64,000 nucleotides of DNA from Phoronis australis. Its lineage: Eukaryota; Animalia; Phoronida. Made by a program: the position numbers and the translations under genes. Positions 61,986 to 64,000 of the stretch are shown here, piece by piece (the first letter of the stretch is position 1; each line of letters begins with the position of its first letter). The DNA lies in the NCBI GenBank assembly GCA_002633005.1, contig NMRA01000190.1, forward strand, positions 1 to 64,000, given 5' to 3'. Below the pieces are notes generated by a model that was given only the letters and a program-made list of their open reading frames with translations, was not told the DNA's origin and ran no database searches.

Positions 61986-63443
61986 TACATGAATTTCACA
62001 TGTTCACTTGTATAAATTTTCATATTTTTTACTCTATATAGCTTTTTGAAATGAAAACAAATTCTCGCTTTGTTATAAATTACTTATACTAAGAACATTA
62101 ATTTTCTGAGATGAGTCAGTGATGAATTGGCAATATGGTTTTCGTGGAGATTTCAAATATTGTCACCACGTTGATCTGAAGAGCGTAGACTGAGTTTCAA
62201 TTTGAAAGTGAGATCCCCCACTTGCTCATGTAGGGATCATGCATCAGTGAACTCTTAGGGAAATGACACAAATTCACACTTGGTGACAGCTTGTTCAAAA
62301 ATTGATGTATGTGACCTATTTGTGTGCACCAGTCTCCCTGTGGTGATGTAAATGTGAAAAAGGTTAGTAGATCTGATATTGGATGATACGGTTATCTCTC
62401 TCTGTGCTTCGACTTCTTTATCACTCCAGAAAGAATTGAGCCAATGCTTTTTCTGTTCCATCTTTAAGCTGTTAAAAATGAATCGGTCAATTTTTACTCC
62501 ATCCCAAATGCTTTTTTGTGATTGTAGTACTTAGCATTTCATTCAATGTTGCTTCCTGTTGGTCACAACTGGAATTAACGGTAAAATCTCATCAATTTAG
62601 GACACAAAATGGCAGACAAGGGAAATTTTATTTTATCATCTGTTTCATAAGGCTCATTCATACTGACTTAACTCCTGTCTGAGTGGAGCATCGACATAAG
62701 AAGCGCAGTTAACTGGATCGTTCATACTGCCTTCGGTAGTTAATACAAGTAAACGGGAGGTGATGTTGTCGTCATTGAAGCTATCGCCATAGCCCCCCTA
62801 AAATTCTCCCAGATGTCATTTGGCAGTATGGGGGTGCGAGTGTCGGACGGGCAAAATCTTGGCTAATACTCTGCCCTGCCTCCCCCCAACTCAAAGTCCT
62901 GGATCCACCCCTGATAACTACCAAACCTACCATCAGAAAATATTTTTAAAAGTTAAGGGTATTTACAGCAATGTTAGAAGAGATGGAAATTTGCGATTAT
63001 TTTTGTTCAAAATTGGTGATATTTTAAGTGAGTTTCAATTAGACAACTAAGTCCCAGCACACAACAAATCATCGTCTCAAGTCCTAGTCCAACTGGCACA
63101 AATTGCATGGCTAAATTTGATTTGACAAGGAATGTTTTAAGTTTTCTTATTAGCTTTAAAAAAGCTGGTAGTGCTGTTAATACATTGACAGTGATAATTA
63201 CCAAGATAGACTTTTGGATTTTGATGATCACAGTAAAAATTCTCCGGTTTGGGATATAGAAATTCAAGTTGCAGTTGAATTTTATTGATTCTGAAGATTG
63301 TGACATGGTCAATTTTGGTGATCATCTTATTTCTGATATATCAGCCTGCACTTTGTAGTCAACAGAGTCTGAAAATATACTTGGCAATTGATGGAATTGT
63401 CAAAAAGGTCATTGACGCGACATTTTCATGCATGAGTCTTTGT

Positions 63444-63444
63444 A

Positions 63445-63477
<33 letters not shown>

Positions 63478-63487
63478 AGTGTATATA
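63444..63487. repeat. (TA)n microsatellite
   Basis: Directly visible. Confidence 0.9.
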
Positions 63488-64000
63488 TTTATTATTTATT
63501 ATTATAGTGACTTGAATGCAGGGCAGTATATATGTTGTCGTCATTGATCGTTTGTTATTGATCCTAGTTCTTGATTTGGGACAGCCATTCTGGCATATTT
63601 ATAAAATTTGACAGAAACCCCAACCTTAATAATTAATTTCCACTGTCCCAATAGTTTTTTTTTTACTTTATCAAAGCCTTGCTATTAATCATTTATGTCA
63701 AGAGATTAATTAAATTTCGTTCCACTTAGTTTCGAATATCGTTCGTATTTGTGGAGCTCAGGTGGAAAACTAATGAAAAATTAGTCTAGTATATCACCAT
63801 GACAACATTTTGACGATGTTCAATAGGGATTTTGGGAATTGATCAATATTTGCTGAATGCATCTAATGAAGTCAGATATTTGTGTGAACTTGACGAAAAC
63901 TATTAGGGTAAATAAAATAATGTGTTGACAAGTTGTGGCTTGGGTTGCATGACTTGTAAGTAGTGAAAGTTTTATTTCCTATACCTCCGTTATGGTAATA

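Noticed and set aside
62119-62179. Intronic C/D snoRNA candidate (GTGATGA...CTGA)
   Set aside because: No convincing terminal stem or internal C'/D' boxes, and no clear perfect rRNA complement. Such a box pair is expected by chance; snoscan/Infernal would settle it.

Overview
AT-rich, repeat-dense eukaryotic genomic DNA from a draft assembly with N gaps. It is most likely a marine invertebrate, judged from the transposon families, and it is not prokaryotic. I can support two host genes. (1) A complete 7-exon DHDH (dimeric dihydrodiol/D-xylose dehydrogenase, Gfo/Idh/MocA family) gene on the minus strand, 54433->43538, 333 aa, with all introns GT-AG and in frame. (2) The first coding exon (PDZ domain) of an NHERF/SLC9A3R-like gene on the plus strand, 59171-59552, head-to-head with DHDH. 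The first ~43 kb is a transposon graveyard. It contains a near full-length decayed LINE (RTE-X/CR1-like), further LINE fragments, three Academ remnants, Kolobok/THAP, YqaJ-SWIM/THAP, piggyBac, Penelope GIY-YIG and possible Crypton fossils, many MITEs, two tRNA-like Pol III cassettes and microsatellites. Most short ORFs in the supplied track are spurious or transposon debris. I found no intact novel multi-gene system. The most unusual items are tRNA-like cassettes bracketing a Penelope endonuclease fragment, a HIRAN-like cargo in a TA-flanked element, direct repeats flanking DHDH, and apparent substrate-pocket substitutions in DHDH. Family assignments come from motif recognition by eye, not database searches.
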